In this document: piece after piece, positions 1 to 13,197 of the stretch
How positions within the stretch are numbered: position 1 is the first letter of the stretch
How the letters are laid out: every line of letters starts with the position of its first letter
From: Felis catus
Taxonomy: Eukaryota
NCBI RefSeq assembly: GCF_018350175.1
Contig: NC_058368.1
Location: forward strand, 6,882,001 to 6,946,000
DNA length: 64,000 nucleotides
Direction of reading: 5' to 3'
Made by a program: the position numbers and the translations under genes
Notes under the pieces: generated by a model
Database searches by the model: none
What the model was told of the DNA's origin: nothing
Seen by the model: only the letters and a program-made list of their open reading frames with translations

Positions 1-574
1 CACCTAGCCTCATCAATCGAACAACAAAACAAAATAAAAGGCATACAAATTGGCAAAGAAGAAATCAAACTCACTTTTCACAGGCGACGTGATACTCTAC
101 ATGGAAAACCTGAAAGACCACCAAAAAGCTGCTGGAACTGATACATGAATTCAGCAAAGTCGCAGGATACAAAATCAATGTACAGAAATTGGTTGCATTC
201 CTATACACCAATAATGAAGCAACGCAAAGAGAAGTCAAGAAATCGATCCCATTTACAACTGTACCAAGAACCATAAAATACCTAAGGATAAACCTAACCA
301 AAGATGTAAAAGATTTGTATGCTGGAAACTACAGAAAGCTTACGAAGGAAACTGAAGAAGACACAAAGAAATGGAAAAACATTCCATGCTCATGGACTGG
401 AAGAATAAATACTGTTAAAATGTCAATACTACCCAATCTATACATTCAATGCAATCCCAATCAAAATTACACCAGCATTCTTCTCGAAGCTAGAACAAAC
501 AATCCTAAAATTTGTATGGAACCACAAAAGACCCTGAATAGCCAAAGTAACATTGAAAAAGAAAACCAAAGTGA

Positions 575-840
575 GGGGCACCTGGCTGGCTCAGTCGGTT
601 AAGCATCCGACTTCGGCTCAGGTCATGATCTCAACAGTTCCTGGATTTGAGCCCCGCATTAGGCTCCCTGCCAACAGCTCAGAGCCTGGAACCTGCTTTG
701 GATTCTGTGTCTCCCCCTCTCTCTGCTCCTCCCTCATTCATGCTCTGTCTCTCCCTGTCTCTCAAAAATAAGAGGAAGGAAGGAAGGAAGGAAGGAAGGA
801 AGGAAGGAAGGAAGGAAGGAAGGAAGGAAGGAAGGAAGAA
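575..840 (+). mobile_element. CAN-SINE inserted in L1, tail converted to (GAAG)n microsatellite (771-840)
   Basis: GGGGCACCTGGCTGGCTCAGTCGG tRNA-like head, (CT)n body; AAAGTGAG flanking duplication. Confidence 0.93.
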
Positions 841-1829
841 AATGAAAGTGAGAAGTATCACAATCCCAGACTTTAGCCCCTACTACAAAGCTGTAATCAT
901 CAAGACAGCATGGTGTTGGCACAAAAACAGACACGCAGGCCAATGGAATAGAGAACCCAGAATTGGACCCACAAATGTATGGCCAATGAATCTTTGACAA
1001 AGCAGGAAAGAGTATCCAATGGAAAAAAGACAGTCTCCTTAGCAAATGGTGCTGGGAGAACTGGACAGCAACATGAAGAAGAATGAAACTAGACCACTTT
1101 CTCACACCATTCACAAAAACAAACTCAAAATGGATAAAGGACCTGAATGTGAGACAGGAAACCATCAAAACCTTAGAGGAGAAAGCAGGAAAAGACCTCT
1201 CCGACCTCAGCCGTAGCAATCTCTTACTCGACACATCCCCAAAGGCAAGGGAATTAAAAGCAAAAGTGAATTACTGGGACCTTATGAAGATAAAAAGCTT
1301 CTGCACAGCAAAGGAAACAATCAACAGAACTAAAAGGCAACAGACAGAATGGGAGAAGATATTTGCAAATGACATGCCAGATAAAGGGTTAGTCTCCACA
1401 ATCTATAAAGAACTTAACACACTCAACACCCGAAAAACAAATAATCCAGTGAAGAAATGGGCAGAAGACATGAATAGACCCTTCTCCAAAGAAGACATCC
1501 AGACGGCCAACAGGCACATGAAAAGATGCTCAACGTCACTCATCAGAGAAATACAAATTAAAACCACAATGAGATACCACCTCACGCTGATCAGAGTGGC
1601 TAAAATTAACAACTCAGGAAACAACAGATGCTGGCAAGGATGTGGAGAAACGGGAACCCTCTTGCACTGTTGGTGGGAATGCAAACTGGTGCAGCCGCTC
1701 TGGAAAACAGTGTGGAGGTTCCTCAAAAAATTAAAAATAGATCTACCTTATGACCCAGCAATAGCACTGCTAGGAATTTACCAAAGGGATACAGGAGTGC
1801 TGATGCACAGGGGCACTTGTACCCCAATG

Positions 1830-2042
1830 TTTTTTTTTTTAACGTTTTATTTATTTTTGAGACAGGGAGAGACAGAGCATGAACAGGGGAGGGTCAGAGA
1901 GAGGGAGACACAGAATCTGAAACAGGCTCCAGGCTCTGAGCTGTCAGCACAGAGCCCGACGCAGGGCTCGAACTCACAGACTGTGAGATCATGACCTGAG
2001 CCAAAGTCGGACACTCAACCGACTGAGCCACCCAGGAGCCCC
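1830..2042 (-). mobile_element. CAN-SINE inserted in L1
   Basis: Reverse-complement SINE with TSD TGTACCCCAATGTTT (1818-1832 and 2043-2057). Confidence 0.95.
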
Positions 2043-2739
2043 TGTACCCCAATGTTTATAGCAGCACTTTCAACAATAGCCAAATTATGGAAAGAGTGTA
2101 AATGTCCATCAACTGATGAATGGATAAAGAAATTGTGGTTTATATACACAATGGAATAATACTTGGCAATGAGAAAGAATGAAATCCTGCCATTTGCAGC
2201 AACGTGGATGGAACTGGAGGGTACTACGCTAAGTGAAGTAAGTCAGTCAGAGAAAGACAGATACCTTATGTTTTCACTCATATGTGGATCTTGAGAAACT
2301 TAACAGAAGACCATGGGGGAAGGGAAGGGGAAAAAAAATAGTTACAAACAGAGAAGGGAGGGAGGCAAACCAGGAGAGACTCTTAAATAGAGAACTGAGG
2401 GTTGATGGGGGCGGAGGGGTGGGGAAGAGGGGAAAATGGGTGATGGGCATCGAGGAGGGCACTTGGGATGAGCACTGGGGATGTCAGCGACGAATCATGG
2501 GAATCTACCCCCAAACCAAGAGCACACTGTATACACTGTATGTTAGCCAACTTGGTAATTATATTACTAAAAAGAAGAAGAAGAAGAAGAAGAAGAAGAG
2601 GAAAATAATTCCACTGCTTTGAATTGGTAAAGCACAACAGTGGCAAACAGGGGTAGGAGGAGTATCTGGAAGGCGTCTCCGACTCTGAGCAGCAGTCAGT
2701 GCCACAGGGGAAGGGATAAGGGCCGTCCAGCTGCTCAAA

Positions 2740-3050
2740 GAACAGGCGGTGGAAACACACCCGGCGCTCGCGGGCGGCGCTTCTTAGAAACCGCGGTGAA
2801 GTTCGTCTTGTAAAATAAACACAGGTTGATGTATTGGAAACACGACTAGAACACAAATTTCAGAATGCGGGAAGAAATCAAGGCCACTGATGTCGGCACT
2901 TGAGTTTGGGTCACGTGACAAAGCAGAAAGGTAGGAACCGGGAAGAGGGACAGCCCGACGTCACGGGACGGGAGGAGCTGAGCAGCAGAACCGCTAGAGA
3001 AGTGGGGCGGGCCAGTGCATCCGAAGAGCTGGGGAGCAGGTGCGGTCACC
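2740..3050. promoter_or_regulatory. Small CpG-rich intronic patch with E-box, CRE-like and GC-box motifs (candidate enhancer)
   Basis: GTCACGTGAC 2910-2919, GACGTCA 2957-2963, GGGGCGGG 3004-3011; locally high CpG. Confidence 0.35.
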
Positions 3051-3711
3051 ACTTTACAAGCCCTTGTGACCTTGGCGAGTGGCTTCATCAGTCTTAGTTT
3101 CCTCCCCCTTATGATACAGGAAAACATCTCCTCTGCCCACCTGGTCGTGGAAATTGTCATGGAAATCAAATCCTGAATGTGAAACATCTCTCTACCGTTA
3201 AAGCACTGTGTAAAGGTGTGATTAAAGCATTAGTCACTCAAGTTTTTCTAAGTGGTCGAGTTACCCAACTGAGCAACACAGTGGAAAATTCCGGTAGAAG
3301 ACAGTACTTTCTTTAAGTGCACTTTATTTTGATAGCTATCGTGTAGGCAGGAGACAAATATGCCAATCTTCAATCTACTCAAAAATCTGAAATGAGCTCC
3401 CGACGGACAGTTGTTATGAGCACTAGAACGAGTATCAAATCCCTTCTGTATGCCATGCCTTCTGGATGACTTCAGCACTGCAGGGTCACAACACGAAGGC
3501 AATGCAAATCGTCAAGGGGGCAGAAACGAAAAACATAAAAGCATTATTTACCACGCGCTCCCTTTACGTTCCTTCTCCAGGGATAACACTGGTAACAGTT
3601 CGGTTTTAGTTTTTATGATTACGATCGCTTTCAATGATACATGCCTCAGCCAACAGACTTTACACCTGTGCCACGCAAGAGAAACTGGTGTGTGCATGTA
3701 CACGTGTACCT

Positions 3712-3718
<7 letters not shown>

Positions 3719-3747
<29 letters not shown>
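3719..3747. repeat. (CA)n microsatellite
   Basis: Directly visible. Confidence 0.95.
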
Positions 3748-4174
3748 CCTACCTCCAAACTCCCCTTCCCCAGGTCACTTCTTAATTTTTATTGTGTATT
3801 AATGGCTACAATATTGCTCTCAGGCTTCTAGTAATTCTACATTTAAATCCCTAGCTAGATTTACCAACTTCATATAGTAACTTGAGAAATTCTTGCTATG
3901 AAACAAAATTAGCACATTTACCTTTCCTGCTACCTCTCATTTCTTCCACCTCCCAGTTGTTAGTTCCTTATGTATGCAGAGATTGTGACACATCTGTTTC
4001 TATAATTATAACTAAATATGCCATGACTTAGTCAAAAAAACAGTAACTAAAGAGAGAGATTACTCAAAGAGTAGCTAATGCATGCTAAGGAGCTTCACTT
4101 GTAAAACAGGGGAAGACAAGAGATACTGAGTAACTTAAGACATAAGAAAATTTAATTATATGCCAAAAATTGTA

Positions 4175-4397
4175 GGGGCACCTAGGTGGCTCAGTCAGTT
4201 GGGCGTCCAACTTCGGCTCAGGTCATGATCTCACGGTCCGTGAGTTCGAGCCCCACGTCGGGCTCTGTGCTGACAGCTCGGAGCCTGGAGCCTGGAGCCT
4301 GCTTCGGAGTCTGCATCTCCCTCTCTCTCTGCCCTCCCTCCCTTGCTCATGCTCTGTCTCTTCCTCTCTCTCAAAAATAAACAAACATAAAAAAAAT
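4175..4397 (+). mobile_element. CAN-SINE
   Basis: Typical head, (CT)n, A-rich tail; AATTGTA flanking duplication. Confidence 0.93.
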
Positions 4398-5329
4398 TTT
4401 TTTAATTGTACAGATAACTAGCAAAAAAATAAAGAAAAAAAATACTATCACTCCAACAAAAAGCAGCACAGGAAAAAAAAGGGAGGGGGAGGGAGAAAGG
4501 AGGGAGAGGAAGGGAAGAGAGGGAAAAAGAGAAGGAACAGAAACGTGGCCCTAGTCATTACACTACTGACACTCAAGGGAGACTCCTTAAGTTTCTTGTT
4601 CTCTCTCAAGCTCTTGGTTTTCCTCCAGCGTCTGGAAATCCTCGGTCAGTTGTTCGGATTTGTGAGTGCAAGATGATTAGCAGAAGTACCTGGCATGGGG
4701 TCCCCCCCCACCCCGCTCCCACACTCGTCCGGGGAGCGCCCGCGACAAGTTCCAGAGTGCGAGGAGCAGGCCGGCAGGCTCACAAAGGAAGTGGCACTCG
4801 AGGGAGGGGCTGAGCCGTGTCCCCCGCTGCTGCGGTAAAAGCGAACCACCATAAGCCCTCTGGGCTCTCTCCACTCGCGGCCTAGGAGCCTAGGCCATCA
4901 CCCGCTTCCTGCAAAGACCAGGTCTCCGCTTCATCCTACAGGTAAAATCCTGGCAGGCCAGCTACCCTGAAGGGAAAAAGACAGAAGGCTCCAGAGCCAG
5001 CTACCGCAAACCGGCTTCCTTAACGGGTCACTATGGTGACTGCATCACAGCCACACCCCAACAAGAGCTACAGATTCCAAATTCAACCTTCCACACGGGC
5101 TCTCCTGAGAAGCCTCCTGCCGGTCGTTCTCTACGGGTCATTCTCTCTGCTGCCCGAACCCTTCCCACCCGCGACGGTCTCTGTCTTCGCCCTGCTGCTT
5201 TTCAATCTGGTCCCTTGGAGCGCCACTTATCCTCGAGCTCCGTTAAGAGTTGAATGAACTGAACACAACACACTCCCCACACTCCCATCTTTCTGCCGTT
5301 TCCACTGAACTTTTAGAAGTGGAACGTGA

Positions 5330-5535
5330 GGGACGCCTGGGTGGCTCAGTCGGTTAAGCGACCGGCTTCGGCTCAGGTCACGATCTCGCGGTCCGTGGGT
5401 TCGAGCCCCGCGTCGGGCTCGGTGCCGACAGCTCGGAGCCTGGAGCCTGCTTCGGATTCTGTGTCTCCCTCTCTCTCTGCCCCTCCCCTGCTCCTGCTCT
5501 GTGTCTCTCTGTCTCTCAAAAATAAATAAATGTTG
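5330..5535 (+). mobile_element. CAN-SINE
   Basis: GGGACGCCTGGGTGGCTCAGTCGGTTAAGCG head, CpG-rich body, AATAAA tail. Confidence 0.93.
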
Positions 5536-7308
5536 AAGAAGTGGTGGATGTGGATGTGCTCAGCCTGGCCTCCGATTCCCTCTAACATGAGTTTTTCGTT
5601 TCACAAGTATATTACTTCAAAGTAGTCAACTCTCCCCAGAATATAAACGTTGTATAAATCATATCAAAAGCTTTGGCAATTAACAGTACAATCATAGGAG
5701 GAATATCTCTGATGCTAAATCAACCTCATCAGAAACTCTCAGCCCATATTAAAGCCCTTTCATTCATGCCAGTAGTCCAAGCAAAAATCTCCAATGTCTT
5801 CCTACATGTTACACAATTATGGATCAATTTCAGAAAATTTTTATCTCTAACTTACCTAAAAATGATTGTTTGCCATACATTGTGATGATGTGTGTCACAC
5901 TATAAATGAAAAGGACTCAGGCTCTCTTTACAAGGTCACTAAAGATCTGTGAGACAGAACTTGGAGAGAGGCAACATACAGTGAAGTGTTCTGACCAAAA
6001 GCAATTCAATTTCTAAAATTTCTATCACTCTTGGCTTGCCACCTAGGCTCACCTTCTGTTATATTCTGAAAAGTGACACAGAAGGGGAGGGAGGGTTGGT
6101 GTCCCATACTCAATGGGGGTGGGGAATGAGAGGTCAATGAGTCCAAGGTGACAACGCACGTATCATATGCCCAAATATACAGGGAACTTTCTTCCAAATC
6201 TCTCGGAATAGAGGGAGTTACCTTCCTCCGGGTCCCCTAAAGTCTGTCACGTTACAAAAAAAATACTCTCACAATTACTTCCTTTTGAACAACAAAGGGT
6301 TATCCGAGGAAGTCTCCTGGAGCTGAGACCATCTCACTAAACGAGAGTTCCAGATGCCTTTAGGGAAGTAAAGAGCTTAAACACATTTGTTAATTATGCC
6401 TGGAGATAGGATCTCATCATTGTATAAGATGGATGTTATAATAAATAAGACTTGTAAAATCACTTTCATAAAGGAAAGAATAGGTCAGCAGTCAGTGATA
6501 CATTATGTGGGGATTTTAGCAGACAAACCAAAAAAATCAATTGTCAATGTTATAAAAATAGAAATGCTATTATCCCACGCCACAGTATCCACTGACGCCA
6601 TGGAAAACGAACGTAAACGTGCTGTACGCGGGGGTCCACCTAAATGAAAGCCAAGACGACATGCCACGCTCTAGGTCCCAAAAAATAACCAGAGGTGACT
6701 CAAACACTAATCACTAATGTTAAAGATACCTTGGAGCAACCTGAATGTGAATAGAAATGTATCAAAAAATGGATGAAAACATTTACAATTTACTTTTTAA
6801 TCTCAAATCTCTACACGTGACAAATTTATCAATTAAATACAAGTGACCCTTCCCTGTACCATCTGAATCCCTAAACATTTATATTCTGTCCAAACACTTA
6901 AATGTTAAGGTCCACAAAGCCTACGAGTCATGAGACACCTGCTATTTTATATGCAGGCATAGAGCCAAATATAAACGTACCGCCAGAAGCCAGCGGGGGA
7001 AGGTGGGGAGGGAGTGCAAAGGCAAACACGTGCCACAGTGTGTAACTCCACGTGCCACAGTGTGTAAGAGGAGCCTGCCCCAAACATATGAACTCTGTTT
7101 CCGTAGGGTCCATTCTGTCTAGAATTCAGGAACCAACAGTCCCCTCGACCACTATCCTCTCCCACTAGAGGCCTCAGCTGCCGCTGAGCCAGGGCTGTTT
7201 CCCCAGCACAGGTCAACTGCGAGAAAGCAGGAAGGAAGACTGGACAAGCTCCCCAGTGCTGCAGGACTCTCGGATGATTCCTGCTCGGGGATAAAAAGAT
7301 TACTGTAA

Positions 7309-7545
7309 GGGGTGCGTGGGGGGGAGGGGGGCTCAGTCGATTGAGCATCTGACTCATGACTTTGGCTCAGGTCAGGATCTCACGGTTCGTGGGTTCAAGC
7401 CTCGCATCGGGATCTATGCTGACAGCTCAGAGTCTGGAGCCTGCTTGGGATTCTCTCTCCCCCTCTCTTCCTGCCCCTCCCTGGCTCATGCTCTCTCTCT
7501 CGCTCTCTAAACAAACAAACAAACAAACAAATTTCCTGAAAAAGG
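7309..7545 (+). mobile_element. CAN-SINE with G-expanded head
   Basis: SINE body and (AAAC)n tail. Confidence 0.9.
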
Positions 7546-7906
7546 TTACTCTAAGCAGAACCCTCATTTCCTGCACACTGCTGAGGGTGGCTGAGGTGGG
7601 GTGACTATAATAACCCAAGTCCAAGTCGTACGAACAACTAGAACAAAACAGACCTTGATGAAGACCCTGCAGGTAGTTTAATAAAGTGAAAAGTCTTCCA
7701 TGGAGAGAATAAAGTGGATAACTAACATAACCTAGGTCAATTAGTAGACCAAACTCAAGCCAGAGAATACAGAACTTCCTGACTTCTAAGCATACACAAG
7801 GCACCACTAGAGTAAAGCCATATATGGAATATATTTGGCCCCAAACCTCAGGAAACATACGGTGTAAAAAAGGAGAACCTCGATAAAACACACAAAATGT
7901 TACATC

Positions 7907-8110
7907 GGGGGCTCCTGGGTGGCTCACTCAGTCAAGCATCTGACTCTTGGTTTCGGCTCAGGTCATGATCTCACAGTTGGCGAGCTCGAGCCCCCCATCA
8001 GGCTCTGTGCTGACAGTGCGGAGCCTGCCTGGGATTCTCCTTCTCCCTCTCTCTCTGCCCCTCCCCGGCTTGCAGGCTCTCTCTCTCAAAAATAAATAAA
8101 CATTAAGAAA
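7907..8110 (+). mobile_element. CAN-SINE
   Basis: Typical head, body and tail. Confidence 0.92.
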
Positions 8111-8518
8111 ACTGTTTTTGTTTAGATTACAATATGCAACTTACATCAAAAGCTATTTACAAAACTCATTTAAAGGTTCCCATCTAATACAATTCTAATT
8201 TCAAAAATAAGGTAGTTCCTTGAATATGTGCGTTATGTTTGGGGTAAGGCATCATAGAGAAAAAGGAGAGAAAGTAGTGGACTGTCCCCAGAGAAAGAAG
8301 ATGGCCACAGTCGCTGCGAGAGAACATAAGGGCGGCAGCTTCAGAAGTGCTCGTAACGTTCTTTCTTAACATTGGCACTGGCTACACGTGTGTTTAGTCT
8401 GAAAACTCATTACATTTGCATGTCAAACAAATCAGTTTAACACACAGAAAATCAAAAGTTCTAGACTGTGAAATCTTGTTTCTACATCAAGGACTATTAA
8501 TCAAACGAGTCATTTTTA

Positions 8519-8727
8519 GGGGCACCCGGGTGGCTCAGTAGATTAAGCATCCAACTCTTGATTTCAGCTCAGGTCATGATCTCACAGTTGGCGAGCTCGA
8601 GCCCCGCATCAGGTTCCGTGCTGACAGTGCGGAGCCTGCTTGGGATTCTCTCTCTCCCCTCTCTCTGCCCCTACCCTGACTGCACTTTCCCTCTCAAAAT
8701 AAGTGAGGAAACTTAAAAATTTTTTAA
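8519..8727 (+). mobile_element. CAN-SINE
   Basis: Typical head, body and tail. Confidence 0.92.
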
Positions 8728-9299
8728 ATGAGTAATTTTTAGAGTATTTTTTAGTGTTTATTATAATAGTATTAATAGTATGTTCATATTAGTAATAATT
8801 GGTCCTACTTATTAAGTAGTATGAAGGCCAAAGACTATGCCAGGTACTTTATATACAGGATCTATTTTATCTTCAGAACAACCCTTTTAAATAGTATCCT
8901 CATTTTATAGATAACAAAACCAAGCGTAGCGCTGCGAATCCTTACGAGACTGGAAATTTGATTAATGCTGTTTTTTCTTTATGTGTAAATCACGCAGTAC
9001 CTAGATACAAGTTTCATTGTAAAAGTTCGTAACTTGAAATCTAAACAAATTTTAATTGCAAAACATTCACATGCTCTAACAAGAGATCGGCAGGTTTCAC
9101 CATTATTTCCCAGTCAGCTGACAGCCAGTAACCACACAGCTGAAACAAGGCACTAAAACTAGTGAGCTTCAGAAACGCCACGCAGGAAGTTCTCTAGAGC
9201 CTTCCGCAGCAATTCCACTTAAACCTGAAAAAATTAAGGTTCAGAGAAAAAAATCCGCTCTAACGTTAAATCTGACTTGAAAATGTCACTGTGAACTAA

Positions 9300-11540
9300 T
9301 TTTTAGCCATTCCCCTGCTATTCGTCCCCCAAAAAAGCCTCAAATCCGTGACACCCCATACCAGTGAGCACACCTAGAACCCGTATCTTGGTTTCTAAAC
9401 ACCATTCTCCGCTCAAAGGAACCAAGATACTTTAGAGAACAGGGAAAGCAGTGTGAGAAGCACCTACAACATCTTACGTCAGGAAATTAAGAAGGGTTCA
9501 GAGAGTGACAAAGATACGACCAAGGGAAAGAGGAGCCGGCCTAACATCCACCAGCCAGGCCAGGGGCAATTTAAGCATCAAAATTTGTAACAGCGGCTAG
9601 AGACAAAAACGGCAGTCCTAAAAGCAGCTAGTGAGACGGGATGGGGAGCAGTATATTTGCTCAGTGTTAAATTTTGTCTCCCCCAAATTAAGTACAAAGT
9701 AAATACAGTAACTTGACAATGAAGAAACCTCCTGGAAAACCACAACCAACCAACCAACCAACCGAAACGAACATCGCCAATACCGGAACCAATCACTAAC
9801 ATCATATGCTTCCGGGGTATTCCTGTTAAAGATGCACAGCCTGACTCCAATCATAAAGAACCATCTGCCAGACCCCAAGTGAGGAATACGATGCAAAAAC
9901 ATATGGCGTGTACTCCTCAAAAGTGTCACGGCCAATAAAGACACACACACCAAATAAGGCTGAGGACAGTTATTAAAGGACAGATTACAAGTAGCGAACC
10001 AACTACACTGTTAGATCATCTTTAATCTGACACTGGGCATTACTGGGATAACTGGCTAAATTTTAAAATGAACTACGGATTAGGTAACAGTATTGATTTT
10101 CTAAGTTATGCTGGTTATGAAAAAGAACACGTTTGTTCTTGGGCAATGCCTGCTGAGGAGCTGAAGAGTAAAGTGGCCTAAGTCTCCAACTTATCCTCAA
10201 ATGCTCCTGGTAAACTCGCGTGTGTGTGTCCGTCCGCCAAGCAGATTTAGCAACATGTAAACAATCAGCGAACGGCAGTGAGGGCTCTTTGGGAATTCGT
10301 TGCACGACTCTTGAAACTCGGCTAGACATCAGCAAGTCACGGCGGCAGCCACTGAGGGGCGCCCCGCAGAATCCACCAGAGTTGGAGCATCAAAGAGGGT
10401 AACTAAATATTAAAACAACTGTAACAGATTCTAAACATTCAGAAATCCATCGTGATGCTCAAAGGAGACTAAAAGAATGAAACATAGGGGAAGACTCAGT
10501 CCCAGCACTGGTGGGGAAGGTCATACTGATGATTCCTCATTCTAAAACCTCATCATTGAGGAATTCAACATTTACTGTGCCTTTACAAGAAGTCTACTTC
10601 AACGCCAGCTAACGAGAGAAGATTCTTTACAGAGGAATACCTGCTAATAAACATGGAAGGAACAGAGTTAGAAAAATATCATTCTGTAAAGCCCAAAGAG
10701 ATCATTGAAACTGCCCCAATCGTCAGTGGGTACATAGGGGAACAGGGTATCAGGCAAATGTCAAATACTCCAGCTTACACGGTAATTGCAAAGTGAAATA
10801 TATCACTTCTGATAAGAGATACAGTGGTTTCTACTTCCATCAGAGTATCAGACAGCATTGCTAATAGATACAACTACCATCAGGTTCCACGTTACGTTAT
10901 CAAGTACACAACATCACTCATGACATGTTCTTGTCAAAGAATGTTTAACCTCAGTCTAATCAAGCCTTGTGACTGCATTTCTACCTTATGAACAAATTAA
11001 GAAATACCGCAAAGAAATGTTCAGACAAATCCAGAAAGGGTCATTACAGGAGACAACCTGCCTGTTTAAAAAGTCCGTGTCATTAAGGAAAAAAAGACCT
11101 TGAGGGGCTGTTCTAGATTTTAAAAGACTGAAGAGACAAAGGCAGAGCATGAACCTTGATTGGACTGTTGTTCAAAAAATATGTTATGTACCATAGACGA
11201 CACTTTTTTTTTAAAGTTTATTTTTGAGACACAAAAAAAGACAGAGCATGAGTGGCGGGAGGGGACAGAGAGGGAGACACAGGATCTGAAAGCGGCTCCA
11301 GGCCCTGAGCTGTCAGCACAGAGCCCGACGCGGGGCTCAAACCCACGAACCACGAGATCATGACCTGAGCCGAAGTCAGAGACTTAACTGACGGAGTCAC
11401 CCAGGTCCCCCCACAGAAGAGATTTTGAAAATAACTGGGGCGGTTAGAACATGGTCTAAATACTAGACAATATTAGAAAATTGCCATTACTTGTCTTGGG
11501 TGAGAAAACGGAGTTGTCCGCAAGAGAAGTGTGCCATTAT
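9300..11540 (+). mobile_element. Old, degenerate L1 (L1M-type) 3' UTR fragments
   Basis: Resemblance to ancient L1 3' ends (e.g. AATGTTTAACCTCAGTCTAATCA...AGACAAATCCAGAA...CTGTTCTAGATTTTAAAAGACT); subfamily and edges uncertain. Confidence 0.5.
11204..11411 (-). mobile_element. CAN-SINE
   Basis: Reverse-complement SINE. Confidence 0.92.
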
Positions 11541-11616
11541 TTTTAGACGATCCATCGGGGTCTGCCTACTTAATTATTCCTTCACTGATTCCTTCATCAA
11601 AAAGGTCTGCAGTTTT

Positions 11617-11813
11617 GGGGCCGCCTGGGTGGTTCAGTCAGCTTAAGCTACCGACTCTTGATTTCAGCTCAGGTTATGATCTCACGGTTTTGTGGGTTCA
11701 AGCCCTGTGCTGGGCTCAGCATTCGTGCAGCCTGGTTGGGATTACCCCTCTCCTCTCTCTCGGCCCCTCCCCTGCTCCTGCTCTGTCTCTCTCAAAAAAA
11801 TAAACTTAAAAGA
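11617..11813 (+). mobile_element. CAN-SINE
   Basis: Typical head, body and tail; AAAAGGTC flanking duplication. Confidence 0.9.
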
Positions 11814-12329
11814 AAAGGTCCATAATTTTTCATCTGAAGGTTAAGTTTCTTCATTAGAGTCTATATAAGGAAGCGCTAAGTTTAATTCAAGACTACAAAG
11901 AAAAGGCGGGAGGCGGGCCCGGCTGCGTCAGGGTCCCTAATCACTGGTTATCCCTGACATCAAGTCACAATGCCACTGGGCTGATTCAGACTTTTCCCGT
12001 GTCTTCCTTTCCCGTTTCCACTCCCCCTGGAACTGCCCGAAACTGTGAGTGGGGATGGATTTTCACCTGCAAGGAGAAGGTAACGCGTAGACAAGCCAAG
12101 AGAGGTACTATGTGATGAAACCTTGCTTTGGCTACTATAGGCAATTCGTAATTTGCGATCACAAGCAGAGCCTGTCAGGAAGATACAGGGTTCCCGGCAG
12201 ACACCGAAAGAGTCGACGAAGGGAACGAACATTCACTGAATGGGACACCCGATATACGCTACTTACTTACTCCTCCCAATAACCCAGGAAGCCGAGTCTG
12301 ATCACTACTCACTACAGAGACTCTGGATC

Positions 12330-12610
12330 CAGACTCCAGGGACAGGATTCCCAGCTCCACAGCTTCATTACCATATGACACTGGGGAAATTCCATAAGCT
12401 ATTTTGCGCCTCAGTTTTCTCATCCATAAAAGGCAGCGACAGTACCAACCTCAGAGCTGTTGTGGGAACTAAGTGTGTTAGTATGGGTAGGGGGCTCAGA
12501 AAAACGTCAAGCTGAAAGTAAGGTAACGAACTGTCACATCTATTATTTTTGGCCCATTTTACAGATGAACTCAAGAGTTTAAGGTCATTTGCCCCTGGCT
12601 GTAACTAAAA
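12330..12610. mobile_element. MIR fragments
   Basis: MIR core-like CCTCAGTTTTCTCATCCATAAAA and CCCATTTTACAGATGAA in opposite orientations. Confidence 0.6.
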
Positions 12611-13170
12611 GCAGTAGAGGGAAGGCCTGAAAACAGGTGTGTCAAACGTCGACACCCCCCCCCCATTACACCTACTTCCCTTCCTCCCCAAGTGTCGGGC
12701 TCTCCTCCAATCACTATGAAAGTGGAAGATATTTCCCTATGAGGTTCCTTCTTGAAAAAGGACAGGCAGCCAAAGACGTAAAATTCTAGGCTGTGCTTCT
12801 CTCCACGTGGCAACAGTAGCCCCTGTGAAAGAAGCCTGTACCATAATGTGGTAAACGGCAGTAACAGTCAGTGCTCGAACACTCCTTGTCCACTTGGCTA
12901 AGGAACTGCACTTACTGCTTCCACAGGGAAATGAATAATGAGCTCCAACCACCTGACGTTTAAAGAGAATCTTCCGACACCAACCTGTTAGTTGAAGGCT
13001 TCCCGCATAACCATTTTTTCCCAGCCTTTGTTATGCCAGTTTGGTAGCTTTTCAGAATGAAGGGCAAATTAATAACAATGTAAAGTAGCTCCCACCTTCG
13101 CTACAATCTAAATTACTATGTTGCAGGAGGTCATTTCCATCGCTGTGAATATCATGATCCCAGATTTACT

Positions 13171-13197
13171 CCCCCCCCCCCCCCCCCCCCCCCCCCC
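13171..13197. repeat. poly-C tract (27 nt)
   Basis: Directly visible. Confidence 0.95.

Larger units (their letters stand above)
1..2600 (+). mobile_element. LINE-1 (carnivore/felid L1), 3' part of ORF2 plus 3' UTR, disrupted; interrupted by two SINEs
   Basis: ORF2-like peptides ([32 protein letters not shown]; ...[39 protein letters not shown]) with frameshifts and stops. G-rich 3' UTR, then an (AAG)n tail at ~2571-2599. Confidence 0.95.

Noticed and set aside
1083..1994. 303-aa ORF resembling L1 ORF2p C-terminus as a functional gene
   Set aside because: It is a fragment of a disrupted L1, preceded by stops and frameshifts, and it runs into an antisense SINE.
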